Positions 29,652-39,352 of a stretch of DNA of 64,000 nucleotides are shown here, piece after piece; position 1 is the stretch's first letter, and the number at the start of each line of letters is the position of its first letter. Position numbers and translations under genes: made by a program. Under the pieces are notes generated by a model. The model was not told the origin of the DNA, did no database searches, and was given only the letters and a program-made list of their open reading frames with translations. The DNA comes from a virus (Duplodnaviria > Caudoviricetes), in the IMG/VR virus record IMGVR_UViG_3300033075_001021; one strand, 5' to 3'.

Positions 29652-29875
29652 ATTTTAATGCCTAATCCCCACATAAACGCTTTCTTTACATCATGTGGAT
29701 AATAAATGTGTTTACCGTCTTCAACCATTACCGTAATTCCAAACAAAGCATCGTTAAATGCATCCATATTCAAATTAAGTTCTGGAACACTCTCAACCAG
29801 CTCCTTTATCTCATCACTGGTAAACCCATATTTGCTTTTATGTGAAAAGTTATCCACGATTTCATCAATTTTCAT
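29642..29875 (-). CDS. Hypothetical protein
   Basis: Start reassigned to MKIDEI, which overlaps the ligase stop. Confidence 0.55.
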   Translation of the reverse strand: MKIDEIVDNFSHKSKYGFTSDEIKELVESVPELNLNMDAFNDALFGITVMVEDGKHIYYPHDVKKAFMWGLGIKIWF

Positions 29876-30510
29876 TTTGTCTTTAATTTGTTTGGTATTA
29901 TAGCACTGAACATCCAATGCTGGTCTGTTTGAACATGCTTTGGCCGTACCCATTTACCAACATTGGTCGAGAAATCATCAAAGTGAAACGAATCGACATT
30001 CCTAATGACATACCCCTCTTTTACATTTATGTCAAAAGATGTTGCCAAATTCTTCAAATACACTTCATCAAACTCCATGATGTCAATCACAGGAACTGTC
30101 CTCAAACCTAACATATCACAAATATCTACCGTGTCTTCCCATGATAAACACTCATTCTTCTCATTCCAAACACTAAACACCATGAAATATGTCTCCAAAT
30201 CCTCATAAAACAACGAATGCTTGGCATATAAATTTTCACCACATATCCTCCAACCTTCAGGGATATCATTCCTAATCGACCCCCATAAACCTTTAACCCA
30301 ATTCCTTGAATCATGATGCTTTGAATCAATAGAACGTGCATGTATCCTATCTGGATACATATTTGTATTCTCGCCATCCATCTTCTCAGTTATCACAATA
30401 CGCTTACCAATAAAATGCTCCACATTAGGCATAAACTTGTCATCACTGGTCGAACCTAACGACCACGGTAAGTGATATGTCCTCGGATATTTGAAATATA
30501 TCTGTTCCAT
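29872..30510 (-). CDS. RNA ligase (Rnl2-like adenylation domain)
   Basis: KYPRTYHLPWS, TEKMDGEN (KxDG), CGEN, EGYVIR. Confidence 0.85.
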   Translation of the reverse strand: MEQIYFKYPRTYHLPWSLGSTSDDKFMPNVEHFIGKRIVITEKMDGENTNMYPDRIHARSIDSKHHDSRNWVKGLWGSIRNDIPEGWRICGENLYAKHSLFYEDLETYFMVFSVWNEKNECLSWEDTVDICDMLGLRTVPVIDIMEFDEVYLKNLATSFDINVKEGYVIRNVDSFHFDDFSTNVGKWVRPKHVQTDQHWMFSAIIPNKLKTK

Positions 30511-30656
30511 AATACAAGTTTTTAAATGGGAGGGGGCTGGGGGTGGGCATTCGGGGCCGTCTGGCCATCACTTTCCCACACAAAACACCCTATAAAACAC
30601 AAATATACGAACTTTATATGAGTTTTCCAAATATTTATTATAAAATTCATAACCCT

Positions 30657-31508
30657 ATGAAATTCATAATAAAAGCCATCGTGGAAAACAACGTCATCCA
30701 ACGCCCAATCTTTCACCTAGATGAAGTGGATAACCTTAAAGATGATGTTATGAAAAACCTTAACACACACCTTAAGGTACCAAATGATGTATTGGATAGC
30801 TTTAAATTGAAAAATACCCTTAATCCAGAAATCTGGAAAAACGATAAACTTCTTCCAGAAGCTAAAACCAAATTGCTTAAAATCGCTAAAGACTTCTTTA
30901 AATCCCTTGAACTACCCTCCAACGTCAAACTCAAAGACGTCCTTTTCGTTGGAAGCTTAGCAAACTATAATTGGTCAACCTATTCAGATATTGACCTACA
31001 CCTTGTAGTAGATTTTAAAGATATAGGTGATGATACCGAGCTTACCAAAAAAAGCTTTGACGCACAAAAAAACCTTTGGAACCTTAAACACGAAATCAAA
31101 GTCTTTAAATATCCCGTTGAAGTCTACGTTCAAGACGTTAAAGAAAAATTACACGCCTCAGCCGTATACTCTATCCCACACGATAAATGGATTCTTAAAC
31201 CAGAAAAAACCTCATTCAAACTGGATAAAGGCACCATCAAAGCACGTGTGGAAAAACTCTTTGATAAACTTAAACAAATACAAAAACACTACGATAGCGA
31301 AAACTTCGAACAAACAATAGAAAAAGCTGACGCATTGAAAGATGAAATCAAAACCATGAGAAAAGCTGGACTAGAAAAAGGTGGCGAATTCTCAACAGAA
31401 AACCTAGTGTTCAAAGTACTCAGAAGAACAGACTTTATGGAAATACTTGACAACTATAAAAATAAAGCTTACGATAAAAGCGTTACCGTAAACGAAGACC
31501 AACCATGA
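30657..31508 (+). CDS. Pol-beta-family nucleotidyltransferase
   Basis: GSLANYNWSTYSDIDLH (GS-x10-DxD), VEVYVQD; start reassigned behind ATATTTAT. Confidence 0.8.
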   Translation: MKFIIKAIVENNVIQRPIFHLDEVDNLKDDVMKNLNTHLKVPNDVLDSFKLKNTLNPEIWKNDKLLPEAKTKLLKIAKDFFKSLELPSNVKLKDVLFVGSLANYNWSTYSDIDLHLVVDFKDIGDDTELTKKSFDAQKNLWNLKHEIKVFKYPVEVYVQDVKEKLHASAVYSIPHDKWILKPEKTSFKLDKGTIKARVEKLFDKLKQIQKHYDSENFEQTIEKADALKDEIKTMRKAGLEKGGEFSTENLVFKVLRRTDFMEILDNYKNKAYDKSVTVNEDQP

Positions 31509-32002
31509 AAAAAATAGATAGAGAAAAACTCATCATAGAATCATTCGCCAAAACCTTCAATAAAATCAAAAGACTTGATGAACAAGAAGTCGACGAAATA
31601 AACCTAGCCAAAGGTATAGCTAGCCTTGGATTAGCAACCGCTTTGGCTGGTGCCCCTAACCACGCAGACGCTCAAGGCGTTTCAGCAAAATCAATTGAAT
31701 ATCCAACAATGGATGTTGATAATATATCACAAATGTCAGATGAAAAAGCTGGTGTGACATTATTACTATCCTATACCAAAAACCCATTCACAGCTGAAAC
31801 TTGGGGACAACAAGGTAAAGATAATATAAAACTATTCAAAACCCTGAAAAAAATGATGGAGTATCGTATGCAAACAGGACGATTTGAACAAGAAGACCTT
31901 ATTAAATTAGGTGCTAAATATAAAACCGTACCAATAGGCCAATCATTTATCAATAGAGATACCAAAGATAAATCAACATATACAATGAAAGAAGAAATAT
32001 AA
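31505..32002 (+). CDS. Hypothetical protein with an internal hydrophobic helix
   Basis: VDEINLAKGIASLGLATALA. Confidence 0.6.
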   Translation: MKKIDREKLIIESFAKTFNKIKRLDEQEVDEINLAKGIASLGLATALAGAPNHADAQGVSAKSIEYPTMDVDNISQMSDEKAGVTLLLSYTKNPFTAETWGQQGKDNIKLFKTLKKMMEYRMQTGRFEQEDLIKLGAKYKTVPIGQSFINRDTKDKSTYTMKEEI

Positions 32003-32003
32003 A

Positions 32004-32024
32004 AAATGGGGCGAAAGCCCCATT
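32004..32024. terminator. Bidirectional terminator
   Basis: AAATGGGGC-GAAA-GCCCCATTT between convergent genes. Confidence 0.85.
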
Positions 32025-32031
32025 TATATTT

Positions 32032-33306
32032 TTACCAATTAAGCAAATCATCTAATCCATCATCAACAGCAACAGGTTCCTCAATAACACTACTACTGGT
32101 CTTTAACTTTTCCCGATAATATACATCAAATTCTTTAATCTTTTCTTTCACCGCATCATCAAGATGCTTTGGGGCCGAACCATTATGTTTACCCCTGAAT
32201 TGAACATACTTAAATACATTCTCACTTTTTTGCTTAACCCTACTTCCATCATATGTCCATTCAGGTCCGTACCCAACCTCTAAAGTAAAACCTTCAATAT
32301 GAAAAATAGCACAAGCACCCCTTTCCACACGACTAATGTATGTACCAACACAATGATTTTGAACCATACCCTCAGCCAACAAATCAATGTTGGTCGTTAA
32401 CAAATTATAGCCACTGAACTTAGCAAATTCACGATAAATACTAGCAATCTTTAAATCATACTTAGGTTCATTAGACAAAACAATATGTGTTATTTCACGG
32501 GCCCACTTATCATGCTCTTCAACCAATCGTTTGATGCTCCACGAACAATTTACTTTCTTATCAAGCACCTTTGCCATTCTACATGTATCATCAAACACAT
32601 GATGATTATACATCTCTAGTTTAAGACTCTCAACATTCTTTAAATACTTATGGATTTCCTTCCATCGCTTAAGAAGATATCTAGGGTCACTGCTTCTTGC
32701 TGATATCAGTTTATCAAAATCTGATTCATTGTTATCTTTTTTAGGCTTTGACATTCCCAAAAGTATTTTGATTACTGGCCATGGCGCTTTAAGTGTATAA
32801 CGTAAAGCGTCCTTTAAATTATATAGCTTGTATCTTATAAAGGTATTAAAGGCCGTTCCATGCAAAATAGGATTTTCACGAATAAATCTAATCCATGAAA
32901 ATTTTTCCTCCATATACTTCATTACCGAATGGTCATCTTTATATGAACTCCATGAATAAATGAAAGAATGCAATCCGTTAAACGTTAATTGCGTTAATTT
33001 TTTATTGCTTTTGTAGTAAAACTTCTTTTTGGAATAAATTATGGAAAATTCTTTTTTGTCTCGACTATACATCCGATTGGTAACACTAACTCCAAAGGTT
33101 TTTCGAATTATACAAATCTCAAAATCCCCATTGACATGCTCAAATATCACCAATCGAGAAGTGAAAAATTCATTCTTGTTTCCATTGAAAAAAATTACCC
33201 GTGCAGCATATGGGTCCTTTTTGTAAGTGTCAATTAATTTTTTTAGTTTAGATGATTCCGTTTTTTCCAATAACGTGTAGTTAACGTCTTTTTTTTCGCT
33301 TGTCAT
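32032..33306 (-). CDS. PcfJ-like domain protein
   Basis: L.EEHD...L.AEG..QNHCVGTY...Q.RG..N. Confidence 0.75.
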   Translation of the reverse strand: MTSEKKDVNYTLLEKTESSKLKKLIDTYKKDPYAARVIFFNGNKNEFFTSRLVIFEHVNGDFEICIIRKTFGVSVTNRMYSRDKKEFSIIYSKKKFYYKSNKKLTQLTFNGLHSFIYSWSSYKDDHSVMKYMEEKFSWIRFIRENPILHGTAFNTFIRYKLYNLKDALRYTLKAPWPVIKILLGMSKPKKDNNESDFDKLISARSSDPRYLLKRWKEIHKYLKNVESLKLEMYNHHVFDDTCRMAKVLDKKVNCSWSIKRLVEEHDKWAREITHIVLSNEPKYDLKIASIYREFAKFSGYNLLTTNIDLLAEGMVQNHCVGTYISRVERGACAIFHIEGFTLEVGYGPEWTYDGSRVKQKSENVFKYVQFRGKHNGSAPKHLDDAVKEKIKEFDVYYREKLKTSSSVIEEPVAVDDGLDDLLNW

Positions 33307-33348
33307 GTATTGTATTTTAACAAATATACTAAAAATTGTATGAAACAA

Positions 33349-33828
33349 CTACCGCTTTAATGTCGCATAGTAGTTAATATAACCCTTTAAACATTTTGAT
33401 TTAAACGCACCCCATTTGGCCATGTTTATCTTTATCTCAAACTTATGACCCAACTTTAACGCCTCATCCCACGCAGCATACTCTTCCTCTAAACAACCCA
33501 CAATATAATCCGTCCTACGCATATACCGTTTGATACCATTCAAATAATATGCCTTCTCAGCTTTAGCTATAACTGGAAATCGCCTCTCAAACTTCTTCCA
33601 ATTCTTACGCAACTCATGATGCCCCAACTCATGCAACATCAAATATACCTTAATCTCCCATGTGTGCTTACCTTCAATATAAATCCCTATCGGCATCGGC
33701 TCATTTAACGTGTTAGTATCCCAATATAACGCAGATATGTCATTGTGGTCCGTAACCACCTCAGAATAACCCTCCTTTATGGCATACTCCGTTAAATCAT
33801 CCAAAGCACGTTTATATGAAAATCTCAT
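33349..33828 (-). CDS. Zincin-like (HExxH) protein
   Basis: LHELGHH...EEEYAAW. Confidence 0.7.
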   Translation of the reverse strand: MRFSYKRALDDLTEYAIKEGYSEVVTDHNDISALYWDTNTLNEPMPIGIYIEGKHTWEIKVYLMLHELGHHELRKNWKKFERRFPVIAKAEKAYYLNGIKRYMRRTDYIVGCLEEEYAAWDEALKLGHKFEIKINMAKWGAFKSKCLKGYINYYATLKR

Positions 33829-33853
33829 GGAACATCTTTATTCAATAAATATA

Positions 33854-34285
33854 CTATTGAATCGGGTCCACATCAAAATGATAATTAAAAATTTTACACT
33901 CTGGGTTTAAAACCCTAAAATCTGGTAATAAAGTATCACCTATGGTATTATCGTTGATATGGCTAATATGCAGCTCCGTAAATATAGGACAAAAACGCTC
34001 ATAGGTTAACTTCCCACCAATACACCAATCAATCTTCACCCAATTAGCATCACCATCCATAAGATAAAATCCATCATTGTGCTGTTGATACGACCTAAAT
34101 CTATTCATTATGAATACATTACGGCCCTTAAGAGGTGGTAAGGTGGCCGCTGTTGTAGAACCAACCAAAAGATTACCACCCATGGTCATCTCCTTAAAAT
34201 GCTTAAAATCAGCCTTGGAACGCCAAGGCAAGCCATCCTTTAGGCCCATGAAACCTAAGTTGTTTACTGCTAATATCGCTTTCAT
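33854..34285 (-). CDS. folA: Dihydrofolate reductase
   Basis: G....LPW...D..HFK.MT.G..L.VG..T...LPPLKGR, IGG, GDT. Confidence 0.88.
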   Translation of the reverse strand: MKAILAVNNLGFMGLKDGLPWRSKADFKHFKEMTMGGNLLVGSTTAATLPPLKGRNVFIMNRFRSYQQHNDGFYLMDGDANWVKIDWCIGGKLTYERFCPIFTELHISHINDNTIGDTLLPDFRVLNPECKIFNYHFDVDPIQ

Positions 34286-34360
34286 ACACAAATATACCAA
34301 ATTCTCTTCAAAAATGCAAATTCATGCCAAAAAACAAATATTTATTTAAAAATCAATCAA

Positions 34361-35884
34361 ATGAAAAAAAACCTCTTTGAAGAAGTCGCTATCAAACAAA
34401 GCAAACTAGGTAATTATGATATCTATTACCTTAAATGGGATACCAAAGAAGAAGGTCAAGCTATCTGGAAATACTACGATACGCTTAAAAGCCAATATAA
34501 CATAAAATATAACGGTACCTCAAAAATCCTATTCTGGTTCGTGGATAAAGAAAATCCACAAAAAACATTGGATACCATAAGAAAAGCTCTAGACTTCCTT
34601 AATAATACCACTGCTGAACCATCAGCTAATGGCGGTAGCCCAGAAGCACAAAAACTCATAGGCGATATCGATAAAATCATCGCAGCAATAAACGCTGAAG
34701 AACCTTCAAAAAATCCAAGCATCCAATTAAGCCCAGAACAAGAAGACCAAATCAAAGGTAAATTGGAATCATTTAAACAAATGCTTGTAAACATCGAAAA
34801 CGATGAACAATTCAAAGAAACAATGAAGGCTATCATCGACTTCAAAGCAGCCCAAGGTTATGAATTTACACTAGGTAACGCTCTTCTTATCTTTATCCAA
34901 AACCGTAAAGCTACCATCGTAAACTCCAAATCCAACTGGGAATCAAAATACAACAGAACCGTTAACCCTAACGCTAAACCTCTTGTCGTATGGGCCCCAG
35001 AAGGAGCTAGATTCAATCTACCAAAAGATAAAATTGAAGCAGCTAAAGCCGAATTCTATAAAAAAATAGGTAAACAACAAGGTCAACCTCTTACACCAAA
35101 AGAAAAATTTGACCTAGAAAAAATTACCAAAGCTAAAGTAATGGCTACCCGCTTCAAACTAGTACCAGTTTATGACGTAGCAGATACTACCCAGAAACCA
35201 GGCACGGAAGATTATATCGAAAAAGCTAACGCAGCTAAAAAAGATATTAAAACATCAGCGCATGGAACCCTATCCGATGAAGTAAGACCTATATATCAAG
35301 GTCTTTTAGATTATGCCAAAGATAATGATATTAGCGTTGAACAATTCGATGACCTACATGGCGCTAAAGGATATTCATCTGGTGGTAAAATCGGTATCCT
35401 TAAAAATGAAGGTAACGATATAGGCCTTACCAAAACCCTAGCTCACGAAATTACCCATGAACTACTTCACCAAAAATATCTTTCACAAAAAAATAAAGAT
35501 GCTGGTAAATTCTATAATGGTGAAATTTCTAGAGCAACCGTAGAACAACAAGCAGAACTTTCAGCTTGGATGTTTATGTATGCTTTTGGTTTTGATGTAA
35601 ATACAACATCTCTTAACTATACAATCATGTGGGGTGGTAATAAAGAAAATATGGTTAAAGTCTTCGATACCGTATCTAAAGTGGTAAACCACCTTATCGA
35701 TTACGTAAATAAAAAAATACAAACTCCAGCCGCTGGTCCAGTTGATGAAGAACAAACTCCAGATATACACGGTAGACATATTTCGCCACACGATATAGCA
35801 CAAGTCCTAGGTGTAGAAAAAACCTATGATAAACTTACACAAGGACAACTACAAGAAAAACTACTTAAAAGATTCACCAAATAA
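34361..35884 (+). CDS. ArdC-N-like ssDNA-binding domain plus zincin metallopeptidase (polyvalent-type protein)
   Basis: Y.FT.GNALLI..Q...W....R.V....K...VWAP...F..VPVYDV..T; TLAHEITHELLH, EQQAE. Confidence 0.75.
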   Translation: MKKNLFEEVAIKQSKLGNYDIYYLKWDTKEEGQAIWKYYDTLKSQYNIKYNGTSKILFWFVDKENPQKTLDTIRKALDFLNNTTAEPSANGGSPEAQKLIGDIDKIIAAINAEEPSKNPSIQLSPEQEDQIKGKLESFKQMLVNIENDEQFKETMKAIIDFKAAQGYEFTLGNALLIFIQNRKATIVNSKSNWESKYNRTVNPNAKPLVVWAPEGARFNLPKDKIEAAKAEFYKKIGKQQGQPLTPKEKFDLEKITKAKVMATRFKLVPVYDVADTTQKPGTEDYIEKANAAKKDIKTSAHGTLSDEVRPIYQGLLDYAKDNDISVEQFDDLHGAKGYSSGGKIGILKNEGNDIGLTKTLAHEITHELLHQKYLSQKNKDAGKFYNGEISRATVEQQAELSAWMFMYAFGFDVNTTSLNYTIMWGGNKENMVKVFDTVSKVVNHLIDYVNKKIQTPAAGPVDEEQTPDIHGRHISPHDIAQVLGVEKTYDKLTQGQLQEKLLKRFTK

Positions 35885-35910
35885 AAAATGGGACCCAAAA
35901 GGTCCCTTTT

Positions 35911-36342
35911 TTATGCCCATAACATCATTAAATTATTATTCCCTTCGTGTTTAAAAACCTTAAAACCAAATGTCTCGTAAAACCTTGTTAAATTATTCAA
36001 ATTTAAACCCCTCATACCTATCGGTGAAGCGTTTAAATATAACGGCATCCAATCTTGAGATTTAGCCTCATTAATAGCATTTACCATAAGCATTCGACCA
36101 TAACCTTTTCGCATATATCGCTCAGATACCTCTAAATGCTCTATCTTCCCAATTACATCATTTTCATCTATCTTTAATGCCATCTGCTCAGCTTCATCCA
36201 ATTCATCCCAAAATTCATATCTTGGGTAGGTTTGAACTAATATTATCCTACCAATATTGGGTATAGAAAAACGTATACGCTCTTCATCTTCATCTATATC
36301 CTTATGAATATTCATATCCTCATATAATGGTAATATCTTCAT
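35911..36342 (-). CDS. GNAT acetyltransferase
   Basis: V...YMRKGYG..L...L.ASP...L..FYE.FGF. Confidence 0.85.
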   Translation of the reverse strand: MKILPLYEDMNIHKDIDEDEERIRFSIPNIGRIILVQTYPRYEFWDELDEAEQMALKIDENDVIGKIEHLEVSERYMRKGYGRMLMVNAINEAKSQDWMPLYLNASPIGMRGLNLNNLTRFYETFGFKVFKHEGNNNLMMLWA

Positions 36343-36360
36343 GTCTATAAATATACCCAA

Positions 36361-36535
36361 AAATTTCCCAGAAAAAAAATTTTAAAAAGGGGTACCCCTT
36401 CTTTTTTTTCGAAAAAAATTTCCCAGAAAAATTTCGCTCGTAGTATCGCCACCCCGTATAGGGTAGCAGCAGGGGGGGTATGTAAGGGGGGTAACGGGGG
36501 AGGGGGTAACGGGGGGAGGGCTACATAGGGGGTAT
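36361..36535. other. Non-coding G-tract island; candidate origin or genome-end region
   Basis: Six G5-G7 runs on the + strand, repeated GGGGGTAACGGGGG(G)AGGG, duplicated AAATTTCCCAGAAAAA. Confidence 0.6.
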
Positions 36536-36593
36536 ATTAAAGAAAATAGCCCTTTGAATTTAGGGCTATTTTTAGGCTTATTTTCGGGGGTTA

Positions 36594-37157
36594 TTATTCG
36601 GCTATGTAGTAATCAACCCCTTGCAGTTTGAGGCGAAGGATACGGCTTAAATAAGGCGTAATCATTCGGAAGTTATCGGCTTCATCCACCAGCCCACGTC
36701 CTGCGGTTTTTTTCGGGGCGGGATTGTAGTAAGCAGGTGCCCAAAGGTCAAGGGCTATTGCTTCGGCTTCGGTTATTTCATTACCATTGTGATAGTAGGC
36801 TATCAGTTCAACGGCTTCGGTTTTGAGTATCTTCACATCCAACATTACTTCACCCGTTTTATCGGAACGGATAAGAGTGGAGGAAATACGGGTTTTGCCT
36901 TTCATTTCTTCGGCTTTGAAGTCGGCTTCACCAGTGAGGTTTTTTACCTTGTTTTCATAGTTGTGATTCAGATAACCGTTTTTGATACGGACAAGTTTTT
37001 GTACTTGTTTTTGTCCACCGATAGTACGGCTGCGGCTATCATCCACAAAGTAGGTCATGGAAATAGCAGTTGAACGGGTAAAGTTCATCAGCTTTGTAAC
37101 GAGTGCGGTAATTGTGATACCTGCATTGGTTTGAACGGGAAGAAGTGTTGTTGTCAT
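36594..37157 (-). CDS. Hypothetical early protein
   Basis: Start reassigned to MTTTLL behind promoter and AATCAATC-type leader. Confidence 0.7.
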   Translation of the reverse strand: MTTTLLPVQTNAGITITALVTKLMNFTRSTAISMTYFVDDSRSRTIGGQKQVQKLVRIKNGYLNHNYENKVKNLTGEADFKAEEMKGKTRISSTLIRSDKTGEVMLDVKILKTEAVELIAYYHNGNEITEAEAIALDLWAPAYYNPAPKKTAGRGLVDEADNFRMITPYLSRILRLKLQGVDYYIAE

Positions 37158-37245
37158 GATTGATAAATTTAGAACACAAAGATAAGGGTATTTTTGATAC
37201 CAACCAAAAAAAAGGGGAAGTTTTTTTTGCTTCCCCTTAATTTTT

Positions 37246-38037
37246 TTATACGTTAGTAAATACCACCATCTTACTGCACTTTCTTGTGGCAGGGTTCGGG
37301 TCACCGTAATAATACACATGATACGGCTTGTTATTAACGGATATTTTTGTATATTCAAATTCGCCACCGTTAGCGTCCTGTTTTACGATTGTCCTGCCCA
37401 TTTTCACCTTACCGCCCATCATTTCGCCAAACATATTAACAATTTTGTTAAAATTGCCACAACGGATTGTGCAAACGGTCAGCGACCAATATTGCGGAAG
37501 GTTTTTGAAAAACTTTTTATAGGTGCTAATTTTGCCGCAAAAGTCAGCTTCGACAAAATAGCCATTTTTGAACTTGTCAAGGTGATTGAGAACGTCGCCC
37601 TTGTGCATCAGGATTGAATGAGGGTTTTTGCTGCCTTTCAGGGCTTTTGTGCAGGCTTTGTATTCCTTTGTGCCTATTTCAAAACCATGCAGGTTATTAA
37701 CCCCGAATTTAGCGAATGTATTTGCCACCAATACGGGGGAAACTGAAGGAAGGCAAACGGCTGAAGTGATGCCTTTCTTTTCAACCCTTTGCAGGTAGTC
37801 GCTTTTTACGGCTATCCTGTTTTTTCTGTCCCACCTGTTTGTATATTTGCTTTTGGTTTTTGTCCGTCTGTGAGTACGTTTGCCGTATTCATTGCGAACA
37901 AAAGTGTGATGCTCAACCCAGAAGCCACCTTTTTGTTGTTTAACATAGCCATGTTCACCCAATACAATATTCATTTCAGGATGAGGCATTGTCATTGCAA
38001 GTTCGTGAAGTTTGCGGGGATGTTTGTAAGTTGTCAT
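37246..38037 (-). CDS. Hypothetical protein, possibly Rossmann methyltransferase-like C-terminal half
   Basis: HGFEI, HKGDV, VEADFCG spacing; own promoter. Confidence 0.5.
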   Translation of the reverse strand: MTTYKHPRKLHELAMTMPHPEMNIVLGEHGYVKQQKGGFWVEHHTFVRNEYGKRTHRRTKTKSKYTNRWDRKNRIAVKSDYLQRVEKKGITSAVCLPSVSPVLVANTFAKFGVNNLHGFEIGTKEYKACTKALKGSKNPHSILMHKGDVLNHLDKFKNGYFVEADFCGKISTYKKFFKNLPQYWSLTVCTIRCGNFNKIVNMFGEMMGGKVKMGRTIVKQDANGGEFEYTKISVNNKPYHVYYYGDPNPATRKCSKMVVFTNV

Positions 38038-38181
38038 GATTGATAAATTTAGAACACAAAAATAGTCTTATTTTCAATACCAACCAAAAATACCAGGCAC
38101 TTTTTTTATTTATTTTTGTTGTAGTTTTATTTGGTAGTTTGGGAAAATAGTCTTAACTTTGTTGCAACAAAATCAATCAAT

Positions 38182-38433
38182 ATGAGTAACAATTCTGTAC
38201 GTTCCCTTAGCGAGATTGCGAGGGAGATTCGTAAAGACTGGCCCGTTGCGTGGAATGAGAATCATCCAGCAGGTGCCTATCTTATTCCAATGAGTACATT
38301 GGATAAAGTAACTGACAACTATATCATGGACAGCGGCAAGAGCATCGTGATATATTTCCTGTCCAATGCTTCAGGCTGGCGTGGTGAAACTGCGAAGCGT
38401 ATCAAAGCTGAACTGAAAGCAATGATTAAGTAA
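38182..38433 (+). CDS. Hypothetical early protein
   Basis: Own + strand promoter and terminator; RSLSEIAREI...YFLSNA..WRGE.AK. Confidence 0.75.
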   Translation: MSNNSVRSLSEIAREIRKDWPVAWNENHPAGAYLIPMSTLDKVTDNYIMDSGKSIVIYFLSNASGWRGETAKRIKAELKAMIK

Positions 38434-38550
38434 TTAGGTTTCAGTGTAAATTCGGGGCTTCCATTTGGTTGCCCCTATTTTTATTGAATAAAAAAGTGAA
38501 GCGAGAAAAATCCCGCTTCGATATCATTTGATGTACACAAATGTGTACAG

Positions 38551-38685
38551 TTAAAGTAAGTATGGTTGAACGTGGGAGAATTTGTATAGGGTGCGCAATA
38601 GTTTACCCTTATACAATAACCAATAACATTGTCTTGTGCAATTCCATTCGGCAACAAAATTAGGGTCTTTACCTGTGAATAACAT
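38551..38685 (-). CDS. 44-aa hypothetical protein (not in ORF track)
   Basis: MLFTGKDPNFVAEWNCTRQ... behind the canonical TATCAATCATG leader. Confidence 0.6.
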   Translation of the reverse strand: MLFTGKDPNFVAEWNCTRQCYWLLYKGKLLRTLYKFSHVQPYLL

Positions 38686-38700
38686 GATTGATAAAATTTA

Positions 38701-38788
38701 GGAATAGCTGGGGGAATGTGTTTTCTTGACCACTCATCGGGTAGCCTCACCGACTTCGCCATCCCTAAATGGCAACCCCCGCTATTCC
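38701..38788 (-). ncRNA. Four-way-junction structured leader RNA
   Basis: GGAAUAGC-GGGGG/CCCCC-A-GCUAUUCC closing stem with three internal hairpins, directly after a promoter. Confidence 0.6.
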
Positions 38789-38839
38789 GTTAATAATTTT
38801 GTATCACAAAGATAAGACTATTTTATGAATCTGCCAAAT

Positions 38840-39262
38840 TTATTTTTGATATACTCCGTTCCTTTTGAGGTGAATCAATTTGGTATTGAATCCCAATGTT
38901 TGGTAGTCATTCAGTTGCCTTCTCATTTGACTAATTTCTTGTTGGGTGTAATTGCCTTCAGACAATGTACCACCAACTTCGCTGGCCAGTTGAATATCGG
39001 GTGTATATTCCAGTTGAGTAGTGAACCATGAATAGCCATTGATAAGCAATTCATACCACACAAGCGGCCTTTTTTCGCCATCCCATACCTTAACCCTTAA
39101 CCTGATATACAGGGAACGGGAAACGTGCTTTGCATAGCCGTAGTTCCAAATGTATTCATATTCATAAGGAAGCAAATGTTTTTTGGAGAATTCTTTTTGT
39201 TGGTTGATTGACAGGCTGCTCCACCACCTTAATGCTTGTGTTTCGGATAATGTTTGTGTCAT
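38840..39262 (-). CDS. Hypothetical early protein
   Basis: Own promoter and leader. Confidence 0.65.
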   Translation of the reverse strand: MTQTLSETQALRWWSSLSINQQKEFSKKHLLPYEYEYIWNYGYAKHVSRSLYIRLRVKVWDGEKRPLVWYELLINGYSWFTTQLEYTPDIQLASEVGGTLSEGNYTQQEISQMRRQLNDYQTLGFNTKLIHLKRNGVYQK

Positions 39263-39352
39263 GATTGATTGATTTAGGACACAAAGATAAGGTTATTTTC
39301 TGAAATAACCAAAAAAAAGAGGCTGAAAATTCAGCCCCTTTTCCTAAATTTA

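Noticed and set aside
38701-38788. tRNA gene
   Set aside because: No TTCGA T-loop, D-loop GG or CCA, and the arm lengths are wrong; no canonical tRNA was recognised anywhere in the window.
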